In this document: in pieces, positions 1 to 8,619 of the stretch | Numbering within the stretch: position 1 is the stretch's first letter | Layout: the number at the start of each line of letters is the position of its first letter | DNA from: an uncultured Lentimicrobium sp. | Lineage (GTDB): Bacteria > Bacteroidota > Bacteroidia > Bacteroidales > Lentimicrobiaceae | Direction: 5' to 3' | Assembly: GCA_964643225.1 (NCBI GenBank) | Contig: CAZXQT010000003.1 | Span: 45,504 to 109,503 of the forward strand | Length of the DNA stretch: 64,000 nucleotides | Translations under genes and position numbers: made by a program | The notes under the pieces: model-generated | What the model was told of the DNA's origin: nothing | Databases searched by the model: none | The model's input: only the letters and a program-made list of their open reading frames with translations

Positions 1-2907
1 GGTCCATACATGCAGGACCCGCGTTACGCTCCTGAATATTACAACTACCTGAAGGGTATATGGCTTGACAATACCAAGATGGTTTATGGTGGTAACGGTC
101 ATGCTTCAACCGGTGCTTACGGACCTGCCTGCGACTTTATGTTCCCTGGCGATACCGACCTTTGCGACTGGGGTACCGGTGGATTCCCTCCAAACGGACC
201 AAAATACTGGACAGAAGAAGTTGCACAGAATAAAGAAGGCGACCGTCGTTTCATGCAGTCAGCCGGACCTTTCGTTCTGGAACCTGGAGCTGTTAACTAC
301 ATTACTGTTGGTATTCCGTGGGCTCGTGCTGCAAACGGTGGTCCATGGGCTTCTGTAAAATTATTACAGGTAGTTGACGATAAATGCCAGTTACTGTTCG
401 ATAACTGTTTCGCAGTTGTTAGTGGTCCGAATGCTCCTGACCTTACTATCCGTGAACTTGATGAAGGACTTATTCTTTACATCAGCAACCGTAAGACTAA
501 CGATGCAGGTAACAACTTCCATGAAGGTTATACTGAACTTGACCCGGCTATCCTTGCAGTAGCAAACAGCACCGGTTTCGATTTTGATCCTTATTATCGT
601 TTCGAAGGTTATCAGATCTTCCAGCTGAAAGATGCTACCGTTTCTGTTGCCGATATTCACGATCAGGCCAAAGCTCGTCTGGTTTATCAGACCGATATTA
701 AGAACGGCGTTAAACAACTCGTTAACCATAACTTCGACCAGGCTCTGAATGCCAATGTTCCTATAGAAGAAGTAAATGGAGCTGATCTCGGTATCCGTCA
801 TACTTTAAAACTTACTCAGGATGCCTTTACAGGCCAGACTCTTGTAAACCACAAACAGTATTACTATCTTGCTCTGGCATACGGTTACAATGAGTACATG
901 AAGTATAGTGCCGATCCCGGATCTCAGGAAGAAGGAATTATTGGTCTTACTGGTCAAAAGAGAGTTTACCTTGCAGGTAGAAAGAACATTAAAGTATACA
1001 CCGGTATACCTCACAAAACTGTTGGAACTACTCAGGCAAATGCTGAGTTTGGAGATGGTGTTGAAATTACTCGTCTGCAGGGTCAGGGTAACGGTGGTAA
1101 CGTTCTGGAACTTACCGATGCAACCATTGCTGAAATTTTAAGTAAAAAGCCTGCTGATTCAACTATAACACTTGGTCACCCGGATTATCCGATAGCTTAC
1201 AATCCTACCTATCAGAAAGGCAAAGGACCGATCGATGTTAGAATTATTGACCCATTGAACGTTAAGAGTGCTGATTTTGAAGTGTTGTTCGATTCTTTGC
1301 AACCATACTTTATGAATATCGGAGCCGATAGTACAGAAAGTTTCAGAGCATTCTGGCGCTTAGTTGACAAATCAAACAACAAAGTTTATCATTCTGACAC
1401 ACTTATCAGCTATAACAACGAACAACTGTTCCCGGAACTCGGAATCGCCATTACCATCAATCAGCAATTGGATCCTGGTCCTTATCAGGTAGGTACAAAC
1501 GCTGATGATCAGCCTGTTTATGAGATCATATCTCCGAACAACGGAGTGCTTGAATCATCCATGACATTTGCTGACAGTACCAGAAAATGGTTAACCGGTA
1601 TTCCTGATGTTGACGGTGTACCTGCATTTAACTGGATTCGCTCAGGTACCGTTACTGATATCGGAGATCCTGCAAATAATGACTGGAATATGCCATCAAC
1701 TCCGACTGACCCGAATGGTAACTTTGAAAAGATCATTACCGGTCTCTGGGCACCTTACATTATGGCAGCACACTCAGAACAGGATGCAAGGTATGCTCCG
1801 GCATTCAAGAGTATATCAAAGGTTGCTTCTTCGTTTGCTGATCTGTCAAGTGTTGATATCGTTCTGACTTCTGATAAAACAAAATGGACACGCTGTCCGG
1901 TTGTTGAAATGGGTTCAGACCGTACTCTTACAGAAGGTGGTGTTGAAAGATTTAATATCCGTGCCGGCCGCTCTGTTAACGTTGACGGTGAAACAGATGT
2001 TGTAAGCGAAGACCCGTTGTATAATTCAAATTATATCAACGAAACCGGTATGGGCTGGTTCCCGGGCTATGCTATTAACATTGAAACAGGTGAGCGCCTG
2101 AACATGATGTTTGGTGAGAATTCATGGATGTCAGCTTACAACGGACGCGACATGATTTTTAATCCATCGCCTGTAATGATAACACCTGCCGGTGAAATTA
2201 TCTTCGGAGGTATGCATTATGTATACGTATTCTCGCACACAACTACCAAGACTGTTCCTATTGCAAATGTTCCGGCTTACGATGCAGGTGCTACTCTAAG
2301 GACAAACATCCCGACTACGCTGGCCGGTGGAACACAGAGGGCATTGGTTTATTCAAGTGCTATGTATACCAGTATTCCGATGTATACCGGTACTCAGGGT
2401 GTAAACTGGCTTGATAACGATGTGAAAATCCGTATCCGTATTGCTAAACCTTACAAACGTTATTACGGTGCTATACATGCAGACAGTGCACTGCTGGCTT
2501 CAGATACCTATAACAGGAACTTCCCTGCCTACAGTTTCAGCACTAAGAATGTTGCCACTACCGATAACAATATTGAGAAGGCAAAAAGCGATCTTGATCT
2601 GATCACTGTTGTCCCGAATCCATATTATGCATATTCAGATTATGAAACCAACCAGCTTGACAATCGTGTTAAGATTACCAACCTGCCGAGAAAATGTACT
2701 GTTACCATTTATTCAACAAATGGCTCAATGATCAGACGTTTTACAAAGGATGAAGCAGGTACAGCGATTGAATGGGATCTGAAAAACCATTCCGGTATTC
2801 CGATTGCCGGTGGGGTTTACCTGATCCATGTTAAAGCGGATGGTGTTGGTGAAAAAATCGTTAAATGGTTTGGTACACTTAGACCTATCGACCTCAACGC
2901 ATTTTAA
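1..2907 (+). CDS. Large secreted/surface protein with C-terminal T9SS-like sorting domain (5'-truncated by window edge)
   Basis: Frame is open from base 1 (GGT CCA TAC ATG). C-terminus ITVVPNPYY...VKITNLP..CTVTIYSTNG..IR.F......IEWDLKN..G.PIAGGVYLIHV is an Ig-like sorting domain. Followed by a PorV-family gene. Confidence 0.8.
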   Translation, partial: GPYMQDPRYAPEYYNYLKGIWLDNTKMVYGGNGHASTGAYGPACDFMFPGDTDLCDWGTGGFPPNGPKYWTEEVAQNKEGDRRFMQSAGPFVLEPGAVNYITVGIPWARAANGGPWASVKLLQVVDDKCQLLFDNCFAVVSGPNAPDLTIRELDEGLILYISNRKTNDAGNNFHEGYTELDPAILAVANSTGFDFDPYYRFEGYQIFQLKDATVSVADIHDQAKARLVYQTDIKNGVKQLVNHNFDQALNANVPIEEVNGADLGIRHTLKLTQDAFTGQTLVNHKQYYYLALAYGYNEYMKYSADPGSQEEGIIGLTGQKRVYLAGRKNIKVYTGIPHKTVGTTQANAEFGDGVEITRLQGQGNGGNVLELTDATIAEILSKKPADSTITLGHPDYPIAYNPTYQKGKGPIDVRIIDPLNVKSADFEVLFDSLQPYFMNIGADSTESFRAFWRLVDKSNNKVYHSDTLISYNNEQLFPELGIAITINQQLDPGPYQVGTNADDQPVYEIISPNNGVLESSMTFADSTRKWLTGIPDVDGVPAFNWIRSGTVTDIGDPANNDWNMPSTPTDPNGNFEKIITGLWAPYIMAAHSEQDARYAPAFKSISKVASSFADLSSVDIVLTSDKTKWTRCPVVEMGSDRTLTEGGVERFNIRAGRSVNVDGETDVVSEDPLYNSNYINETGMGWFPGYAINIETGERLNMMFGENSWMSAYNGRDMIFNPSPVMITPAGEIIFGGMHYVYVFSHTTTKTVPIANVPAYDAGATLRTNIPTTLAGGTQRALVYSSAMYTSIPMYTGTQGVNWLDNDVKIRIRIAKPYKRYYGAIHADSALLASDTYNRNFPAYSFSTKNVATTDNNIEKAKSDLDLITVVPNPYYAYSDYETNQLDNRVKITNLPRKCTVTIYSTNGSMIRRFTKDEAGTAIEWDLKNHSGIPIAGGVYLIHVKADGVGEKIVKWFGTLRPIDLNAF

Positions 2908-2955
2908 TGCATAATGGAAATGTTTCGGAAACTAACTCAAAAAACACAACAGATT

Positions 2956-4014
2956 ATGAATAAGATCTCTAAATACATAGTCGCCACTTTGATGATTGGT
3001 TCGGTGATATTGCCATTTCATCAGGCTAAAGCCGGTAACCCGGACAGAACCGGTCAGGCAGGCGCATCTGAATTACTTATTAATCCCTGGGCGAGAAGCT
3101 CAGGGTGGGGTGGCGCAAACATAGCACATGTTAAAGGACTCGAGGGTCTGTATGGAAACGTGGCTGGTACTGCACACACAAAAGCTACAGAGCTGATATT
3201 TTCACATACACAATATCTGCAGGGTAGTACAATAAGCATTAACTCATTTGGTCTTACCTCGAAGGTAGGTGCTACCGGTGTTATCGGACTTGGTATCATG
3301 TCAATGGGTTTTGGCGATATTCCTATCACTACAGTTGATCTGCCCGGTGGTGGAATTGGTAATTTCTCACCAAATTATATGAATATCAATATCTCTTATG
3401 CTAAAGCGTTCTCCAACTCTATCTTTGGAGGTATTAACATAAAGATTATTTCTGAAAGTATTTCTGACGTTAGCGCTGAAGGAATAGGCATTGATGCAGG
3501 TATTCAGTATGTAACCGGCCCACAGGAAAATATTCGCTTTGGTATCACTCTTCGTAATGTTGGTCCAACTATGGCATTCAGTGGTGACGGTCTTTCTATC
3601 CGCAGTTTAATTCCCGGACAGGAAAGTTATTTTACTGTAGAACAGCGTTCAGCTGATTTCGAATTACCAACGCAACTTGCGATGGGTGCATCGTATGACT
3701 TTTTGTTTGGTGAGATGCACCGTCTTACTCTTGCAGGTAACTTTATTTCAAATTCATTTACCAACGACCAGTTCGTTGTTGGAGCTGAATATGAACTAAA
3801 ATCATACCTTATGCTAAGAGCAGGTTATAACTACGAAGATGGCATTAACAGCTCAGAAGATCGCGCCACCGCTTATACCGGTCCAAGTGCTGGCTTCACT
3901 GTTTCAGTTCCTGTTGATAAAGAAAAAGGTTCAACAATAGCTATCGATTATTCTTACCGATCAACGGATGCGTTTAATGGCACCCACAGTATTGGCGCAA
4001 GAATTAATCTGTAA
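2956..4014 (+). CDS. PorV/PorQ-family (FadL-like) outer-membrane beta-barrel
   Basis: Signal peptide from ATG 2956 (the ORF track starts at 2914). N-terminal ELLINPWARSSGWGGA resembles the PorV FL.I...AR...MG.A motif. Alternating beta-strands and C-terminal HSIGARINL. Confidence 0.75.
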   Translation: MNKISKYIVATLMIGSVILPFHQAKAGNPDRTGQAGASELLINPWARSSGWGGANIAHVKGLEGLYGNVAGTAHTKATELIFSHTQYLQGSTISINSFGLTSKVGATGVIGLGIMSMGFGDIPITTVDLPGGGIGNFSPNYMNINISYAKAFSNSIFGGINIKIISESISDVSAEGIGIDAGIQYVTGPQENIRFGITLRNVGPTMAFSGDGLSIRSLIPGQESYFTVEQRSADFELPTQLAMGASYDFLFGEMHRLTLAGNFISNSFTNDQFVVGAEYELKSYLMLRAGYNYEDGINSSEDRATAYTGPSAGFTVSVPVDKEKGSTIAIDYSYRSTDAFNGTHSIGARINL

Positions 4015-4022
4015 TTTCTAAC

Positions 4023-4036
4023 GTCAGAATTCTGAC
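4023..4036. repeat. Perfect 14-bp palindrome GTCAGAATTCTGAC
   Basis: Read directly between the PorV-like stop (4014) and the terminator at 4054. Confidence 0.85.
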
Positions 4037-4053
4037 AATTTTTAATGAATTTG

Positions 4054-4084
4054 AAAGGACCCTTGTTACTAAGGGTCTTTTCTC
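4054..4084 (+). terminator. Intrinsic terminator after the cargo/PorV-like pair
   Basis: AAAGGACCCTT-GTTACT-AAGGGTCTTT followed by T-rich sequence. Confidence 0.7.
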
Positions 4085-4116
4085 TTATTATTTAGTAATA
4101 ACATAGATGTAATATT

Positions 4117-4578
4117 ATGTATTTTACTCAGGAAGGATTAAATAAGCTAAAGGCGGAATTAGATCAGTTGATAAGTGTGGAACGCCCGGCTATTGCACAG
4201 CAGATTGCTGAAGCACGAGACAAGGGAGACCTTTCGGAAAATGCTGAATACGATGCTGCCAAGAATGCACAGGGCATGCTTGAGCTGAAGATCTCTAAAT
4301 TGCAGGAAACTATCAGGAATGCAAAACTTATTGATGAAACAAAAATGGACTCATCGAAAGTTTTAATACTTTCGACAGTGAAATTGCGCAACATTAAAAA
4401 TAATGCAGTGATGCAGTATACTCTGGTTCCGGAGAATGAAGCTGATTTGAAAGCTGGCAGGATTTCTGTAAATTCGCCTGTAGCTAATGGCTTATTGGGA
4501 AAATCTGTGGGGGATAAAGTGGAGATAAAAATACCTGCAGGAACTGTTACGTTAGAGATAGTAGAAATAATCCGTTAA
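4117..4578 (+). CDS. greA: Transcription elongation factor GreA
   Basis: AREKGDLSENAEY-like motif ARDKGDLSENAEYDAAK and C-terminal ISVNSPVANGLLGK. Confidence 0.97.
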   Translation: MYFTQEGLNKLKAELDQLISVERPAIAQQIAEARDKGDLSENAEYDAAKNAQGMLELKISKLQETIRNAKLIDETKMDSSKVLILSTVKLRNIKNNAVMQYTLVPENEADLKAGRISVNSPVANGLLGKSVGDKVEIKIPAGTVTLEIVEIIR

Positions 4579-4593
4579 CATAAAATATGCATT

Positions 4594-4998
4594 ATGGCTT
4601 CTGTTTTCACAAAAATCGTTGCAGGTGAAATTCCTGCTTACAAGGTAGCCGAGAACGATCGCTTTCTCGCATTTCTCGATATCAATCCTCTTGCCGAAGG
4701 GCACACCCTCGTTATTCCTAAAACAGAGACAGATTATATTTTCGATATTAACGACAGCGAGTATGCTGATTACTTTATTTTTGCCAAACGGGTTGCACAT
4801 GCCATTAAGAAGGTGATTCCCTGCACTAAAATTGGTATTGCCGTGATTGGTCTTGAAGTAGCACATGCGCATATTCACCTGGTGCCTATAAATACAATAT
4901 ACGATATTGATTTCAAAAAGGAAAAATTAAAACTGACTCCCGAAAGACTAAAGGAGATTGCTTCGTTGATCTCATCCAACTTTACAGCCAATGAATAA
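4594..4998 (+). CDS. HIT family nucleotide hydrolase
   Basis: Histidine triad HAHIHLVP; SVFTKIVAGEIP N-terminus; AFLDINP..GHTLVIPK. Confidence 0.93.
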   Translation: MASVFTKIVAGEIPAYKVAENDRFLAFLDINPLAEGHTLVIPKTETDYIFDINDSEYADYFIFAKRVAHAIKKVIPCTKIGIAVIGLEVAHAHIHLVPINTIYDIDFKKEKLKLTPERLKEIASLISSNFTANE

Positions 4999-5848
4999 AA
5001 TAGCCAGCGTTGTCATTCCTGCATTCAATGAAGAGACCGGTATTGGTCCATTGCTTGACAAGATGAGAAGCATGGGGCTCCTCGAAAAATATGAAGTTAT
5101 AGTTGTTGATGACGGTTCAACCGATAAGACTGCTGAGATCGTATTGCAGTTTCCTGTAAAACTGATTAAGCACAATGTGAATAAAGGGTATGGTGCATCG
5201 CTGAAGACAGGCATCCGCAGAGCAACCTGCGATAAAGTGCTTACACTCGATTCGGACGGACAGCACGATCCATCGTACCTTGATACTATGAGTATGATGC
5301 TCGACGATGCAGAGATGGTTATCGGAGAGCGAAATCTTGCTTCTCATCAGGTCTCCAACCGAAAAAGCGGTAAATGGGTTATACGTAAAACCGGCGAGTT
5401 TTTAGTGGAACAACCTTTACCGGATTTTAATTCCGGTTTACGGGGATTCAGAAAAGACCTTATTACGAATTTGCTGCATATCATGCCCAATGGCTTTTCG
5501 TTTTCAACTACCTCAACGCTCGCTTTTTTGAAGGAAGGGTATACTATAGCTACTTTCCCGATTTATGTTTCGGAAAGAGTTGGTCGCAACAGCAGTGTAA
5601 AATTCTTTAAGGACGGTTCAAAGACTATGCTGCTCCTGTTCAGAATTATAATGTATTTTAATCCGCTTAAGGTATTTTTCCCGGCCAGTCTGATATTCAC
5701 TATAATAGGAATATTGTGGGCATTTATTGGTTACCTGGTGTATGAACGCATACCTAACTCATCAATTATTCTTACCACATTGGGTATGTTTCTGTTTTTC
5801 TTTGGCTTGCTGGCCGATCAGATAGCACTGCTTAACAGAAAAAAGTGA
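4991..5848 (+). CDS. Glycosyltransferase family 2 (DPM1-like, polyprenol-phosphate sugar synthase type) with two C-terminal TM helices
   Basis: VVIPAFNEE, VVDDGSTD, DSDGQH, DFNSGLRGFR motifs; hydrophobic C-terminus. Confidence 0.9.
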   Translation: MNKIASVVIPAFNEETGIGPLLDKMRSMGLLEKYEVIVVDDGSTDKTAEIVLQFPVKLIKHNVNKGYGASLKTGIRRATCDKVLTLDSDGQHDPSYLDTMSMMLDDAEMVIGERNLASHQVSNRKSGKWVIRKTGEFLVEQPLPDFNSGLRGFRKDLITNLLHIMPNGFSFSTTSTLAFLKEGYTIATFPIYVSERVGRNSSVKFFKDGSKTMLLLFRIIMYFNPLKVFFPASLIFTIIGILWAFIGYLVYERIPNSSIILTTLGMFLFFFGLLADQIALLNRKK

Positions 5849-5861
5849 TACAGCTTCTCCT

Positions 5862-6584
5862 ATGGGAAACAATAGAAAACGATGGACCGATAGCGAAGTT
5901 GAACAGCACTGGGACAGCGTTGCACCGATATACGTTAAGGAAAACAACAAAGTAAAAGATGCACACGATCAGCGTTTTGCTGAGTCAATGAAGCATCTGC
6001 AGCTTTTTGCAGGATGCCGCACGCTGAATATCAGCTCACGCGACTGCGAGGCTAATGATTATATACTAAAGGCTCAACCCGATGCGCAGGTACTGAATGC
6101 AGAAATATCATCGGGACTCATGAAAGTGGCTGCCGGAATACGACCGTATGTTAAGCAAATAAAAGTAAACACATACAGCGAACTGCCCTTTGAGGATGGG
6201 AGCTTTGACAGAATACTTAGCCTGGAAACGCTGGAACATGCTGCAGATCCGATTGCATTTTTACGGGAGCTGCACAGAGTATCAACGCCCGATACCAAAC
6301 TGGTTCTTAGCTGCCCGCCTGCAACCAGCGAAATTCCCTACAGAGTTTTCACCTTTCTGTTCGGTGGGCATGGAGAAGGACCACACAGGTTCCCATCGTC
6401 AAACGAAGTAAAAAAAATGTTTACACAAACTGGATGGAAACTGCAGTTTCATAAAGGGACTGTATTCTTACCTGTTGGACCTGTAAGCTTGCAGAAAATG
6501 GCCGAAGATTTCTTTGGAAGGTTCCAGGGTACCTTTATTGCGGAGCTGGGAATCAGACAATTTTATGTTTGCACTAAGGTATGA
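5862..6584 (+). CDS. Class I SAM-dependent methyltransferase-like protein (degenerate motif I)
   Basis: ELPFEDGSFDRILSLETLEHAADPIAFLRELHRV is typical Methyltransf_11. The glycine-rich motif I is replaced by LNISSRDC. Confidence 0.8.
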   Translation: MGNNRKRWTDSEVEQHWDSVAPIYVKENNKVKDAHDQRFAESMKHLQLFAGCRTLNISSRDCEANDYILKAQPDAQVLNAEISSGLMKVAAGIRPYVKQIKVNTYSELPFEDGSFDRILSLETLEHAADPIAFLRELHRVSTPDTKLVLSCPPATSEIPYRVFTFLFGGHGEGPHRFPSSNEVKKMFTQTGWKLQFHKGTVFLPVGPVSLQKMAEDFFGRFQGTFIAELGIRQFYVCTKV

Positions 6585-7561
6585 AACAAACCCTGAAACT
6601 GCTGCTTAAGATCGCTGGCAGTGTTGCCATAATTTATTTCCTTGTCAAGCGCATTGACTGGGACGTGCAAACTTTTACAGAGATTTACCAGTCCCTTGAT
6701 CTGCCCTGGTTTTTGTTATCGCTTACCGGTGTAGTTTTAGTGCTTGGATTAAAAAGTATACGATGGAATAAATTGCTACGGTTCGAGGGATGCAAATATC
6801 CTTACATAAATGCGTTTTCTGACTATATGGTGTCGCTCATGATCGGGCTTATCACACCCGGCAGGGTAGGCGAAATTGCCAAACTATATTACGTCCGCCA
6901 GCATACAGGCATTGATTTTTACCACTCGTTTAAAACCATTGTTACAGACCGCATCTTTGATTTTGCTTTGCTTATATGGTTCGGACTTGCCGGAATGCTG
7001 TATTTCTATAAGGTGCTTGGGGACTTTTCAGGAGCAATATATGCTGCAATTGCTGCTGTAATTATGCTGGCAGGCTGGTTTTCAGTATTCAGCCTGTTGA
7101 GGTACATCAAATCAGAGAAAAGCTATATTGTTTTTCTGCGTGAATCGTGGAATGAAATGTTTCACAAAAAAATGATAGTCCCATGGTTACTCACGTTTGT
7201 TGCATACCTGGCTTCGTATGGTTCGGTGTATTTCATTTTTAAATCCATCAGCATTGAAATTTCAATTATTGATATAGCGTTTGTATTGAGTTTGATGAGT
7301 CTGGTAACCCTGATACCGATTACGCTGGCAGGTTTTGGAACCCGTGAAGTGAGCCTCGTATACCTGCTTGGTTTTTATGGTATAAGTCCGGAACAGGCTG
7401 TAGTATTCTCGATTCTTCAGTTTCTTGCCTTCTTTCTGTGGGGCGGATTTATCGGGCTTATTTTCTGGATAAGGAATCCGCTTAAGCTTTCGCTGATCGT
7501 GGAAGACTCTAAAAAGGTGTTCTCCTACGTTTCCCGAAAGGGGAGAAATACGCAACATTGA
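6581..7561 (+). CDS. Lysylphosphatidylglycerol synthase TM / UPF0104 flippase-like membrane protein
   Basis: KSIRWNKLL, GLITPGRVGEIAK, DRIFD, IPITLAGFGTRE motifs; multiple TM helices. Confidence 0.85.
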   Translation: MKQTLKLLLKIAGSVAIIYFLVKRIDWDVQTFTEIYQSLDLPWFLLSLTGVVLVLGLKSIRWNKLLRFEGCKYPYINAFSDYMVSLMIGLITPGRVGEIAKLYYVRQHTGIDFYHSFKTIVTDRIFDFALLIWFGLAGMLYFYKVLGDFSGAIYAAIAAVIMLAGWFSVFSLLRYIKSEKSYIVFLRESWNEMFHKKMIVPWLLTFVAYLASYGSVYFIFKSISIEISIIDIAFVLSLMSLVTLIPITLAGFGTREVSLVYLLGFYGISPEQAVVFSILQFLAFFLWGGFIGLIFWIRNPLKLSLIVEDSKKVFSYVSRKGRNTQH

Positions 7562-7599
7562 AGCGCAAGTTTTGTTTTTAAAGTAAAAACACTATTTCT

Positions 7600-8619
7600 A
7601 TGACCCATTATAAGGCATCCGACGACAGGTATAAAACCATGCAATATAACAAATGCGGTAAAAGCGGATTGTATTTACCCCCTGTTTCGCTTGGATTATG
7701 GCATAATTTCGGAGGTGCTGATGTCTTTGAGAACAGTCGCAGAATGCTTTGGCATGCGTTTGATCTGGGGATAACGCATTTTGATCTGGCAAACAATTAC
7801 GGCCCGCCCGAAGGAAGTGCAGAGACAACTATAGGCAGGGTGCTTTCGTCTGATTTCAGGGCCTATCGTGATGAAATGATAATCTCAACAAAGGCCGGCT
7901 ATAAGATGTGGCCAGGCCCATACGGGGATGGCGGATCACGTAAGTACCTGATGTCGAGTATTGATCAGAGCCTTAAACGGATGAACCTGGATTACGTCGA
8001 CATCTTTTACAGTCACCGTCCTGATCCGGATACACCGATAGAAGAAACCATGTCGGCACTCATTGACATAGTGAAACAGGGTAAAGCTATTTATGCAGGA
8101 GTCTCAAACTATAATCCGTCCCAGACAGCAAAGGCTTCTGAAATACTAAACACTGCCGGTGTAGGATGCCTGATTCATCAGCCAAGATATTCTATGTTTG
8201 ATCGCTGGGTGGAAGATGAATTGCTTGACGTACTGGAAGATAATGGAATAGGTTGTATTGTCTATTCCCCACTCGCACAGGGATTGTTAACTGACCGGTA
8301 CCTGAATGGAATTCCTGTGGGCTCGAGGGCTTCGAGGGCTCATTTTCTGAAACCGGAAAGTATAACAGAGGACAAACTTGTTAAAATACGTAGTTTGAAC
8401 GAGTTAGCGCAACAACGTGGTCAAACACTTGCGCAGATGGCACTCGCATGGGTACTTAAAGACGATAGAATTACTTCGGTACTGGTCGGTGCAAGCAACA
8501 CGCAGCAGATTGACGACAATCTTCATGCATTACAGAATAGGGTGTTTGAGAAAGACGAGCTTGAAAAAATTGATTCTATCCTTAAAGGTGTTCTTACTCC
8601 TGGTAGTAAATCCTCTTAA
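7600..8619 (+). CDS. Aldo/keto reductase, YghZ/MgrA (L-glyceraldehyde-3-phosphate reductase) type
   Basis: SLGLWHNFG, HFDLANNYGPPEGSAE, ISTKAGY, YSPLAQGLLT. Confidence 0.92.
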   Translation: MTHYKASDDRYKTMQYNKCGKSGLYLPPVSLGLWHNFGGADVFENSRRMLWHAFDLGITHFDLANNYGPPEGSAETTIGRVLSSDFRAYRDEMIISTKAGYKMWPGPYGDGGSRKYLMSSIDQSLKRMNLDYVDIFYSHRPDPDTPIEETMSALIDIVKQGKAIYAGVSNYNPSQTAKASEILNTAGVGCLIHQPRYSMFDRWVEDELLDVLEDNGIGCIVYSPLAQGLLTDRYLNGIPVGSRASRAHFLKPESITEDKLVKIRSLNELAQQRGQTLAQMALAWVLKDDRITSVLVGASNTQQIDDNLHALQNRVFEKDELEKIDSILKGVLTPGSKSS

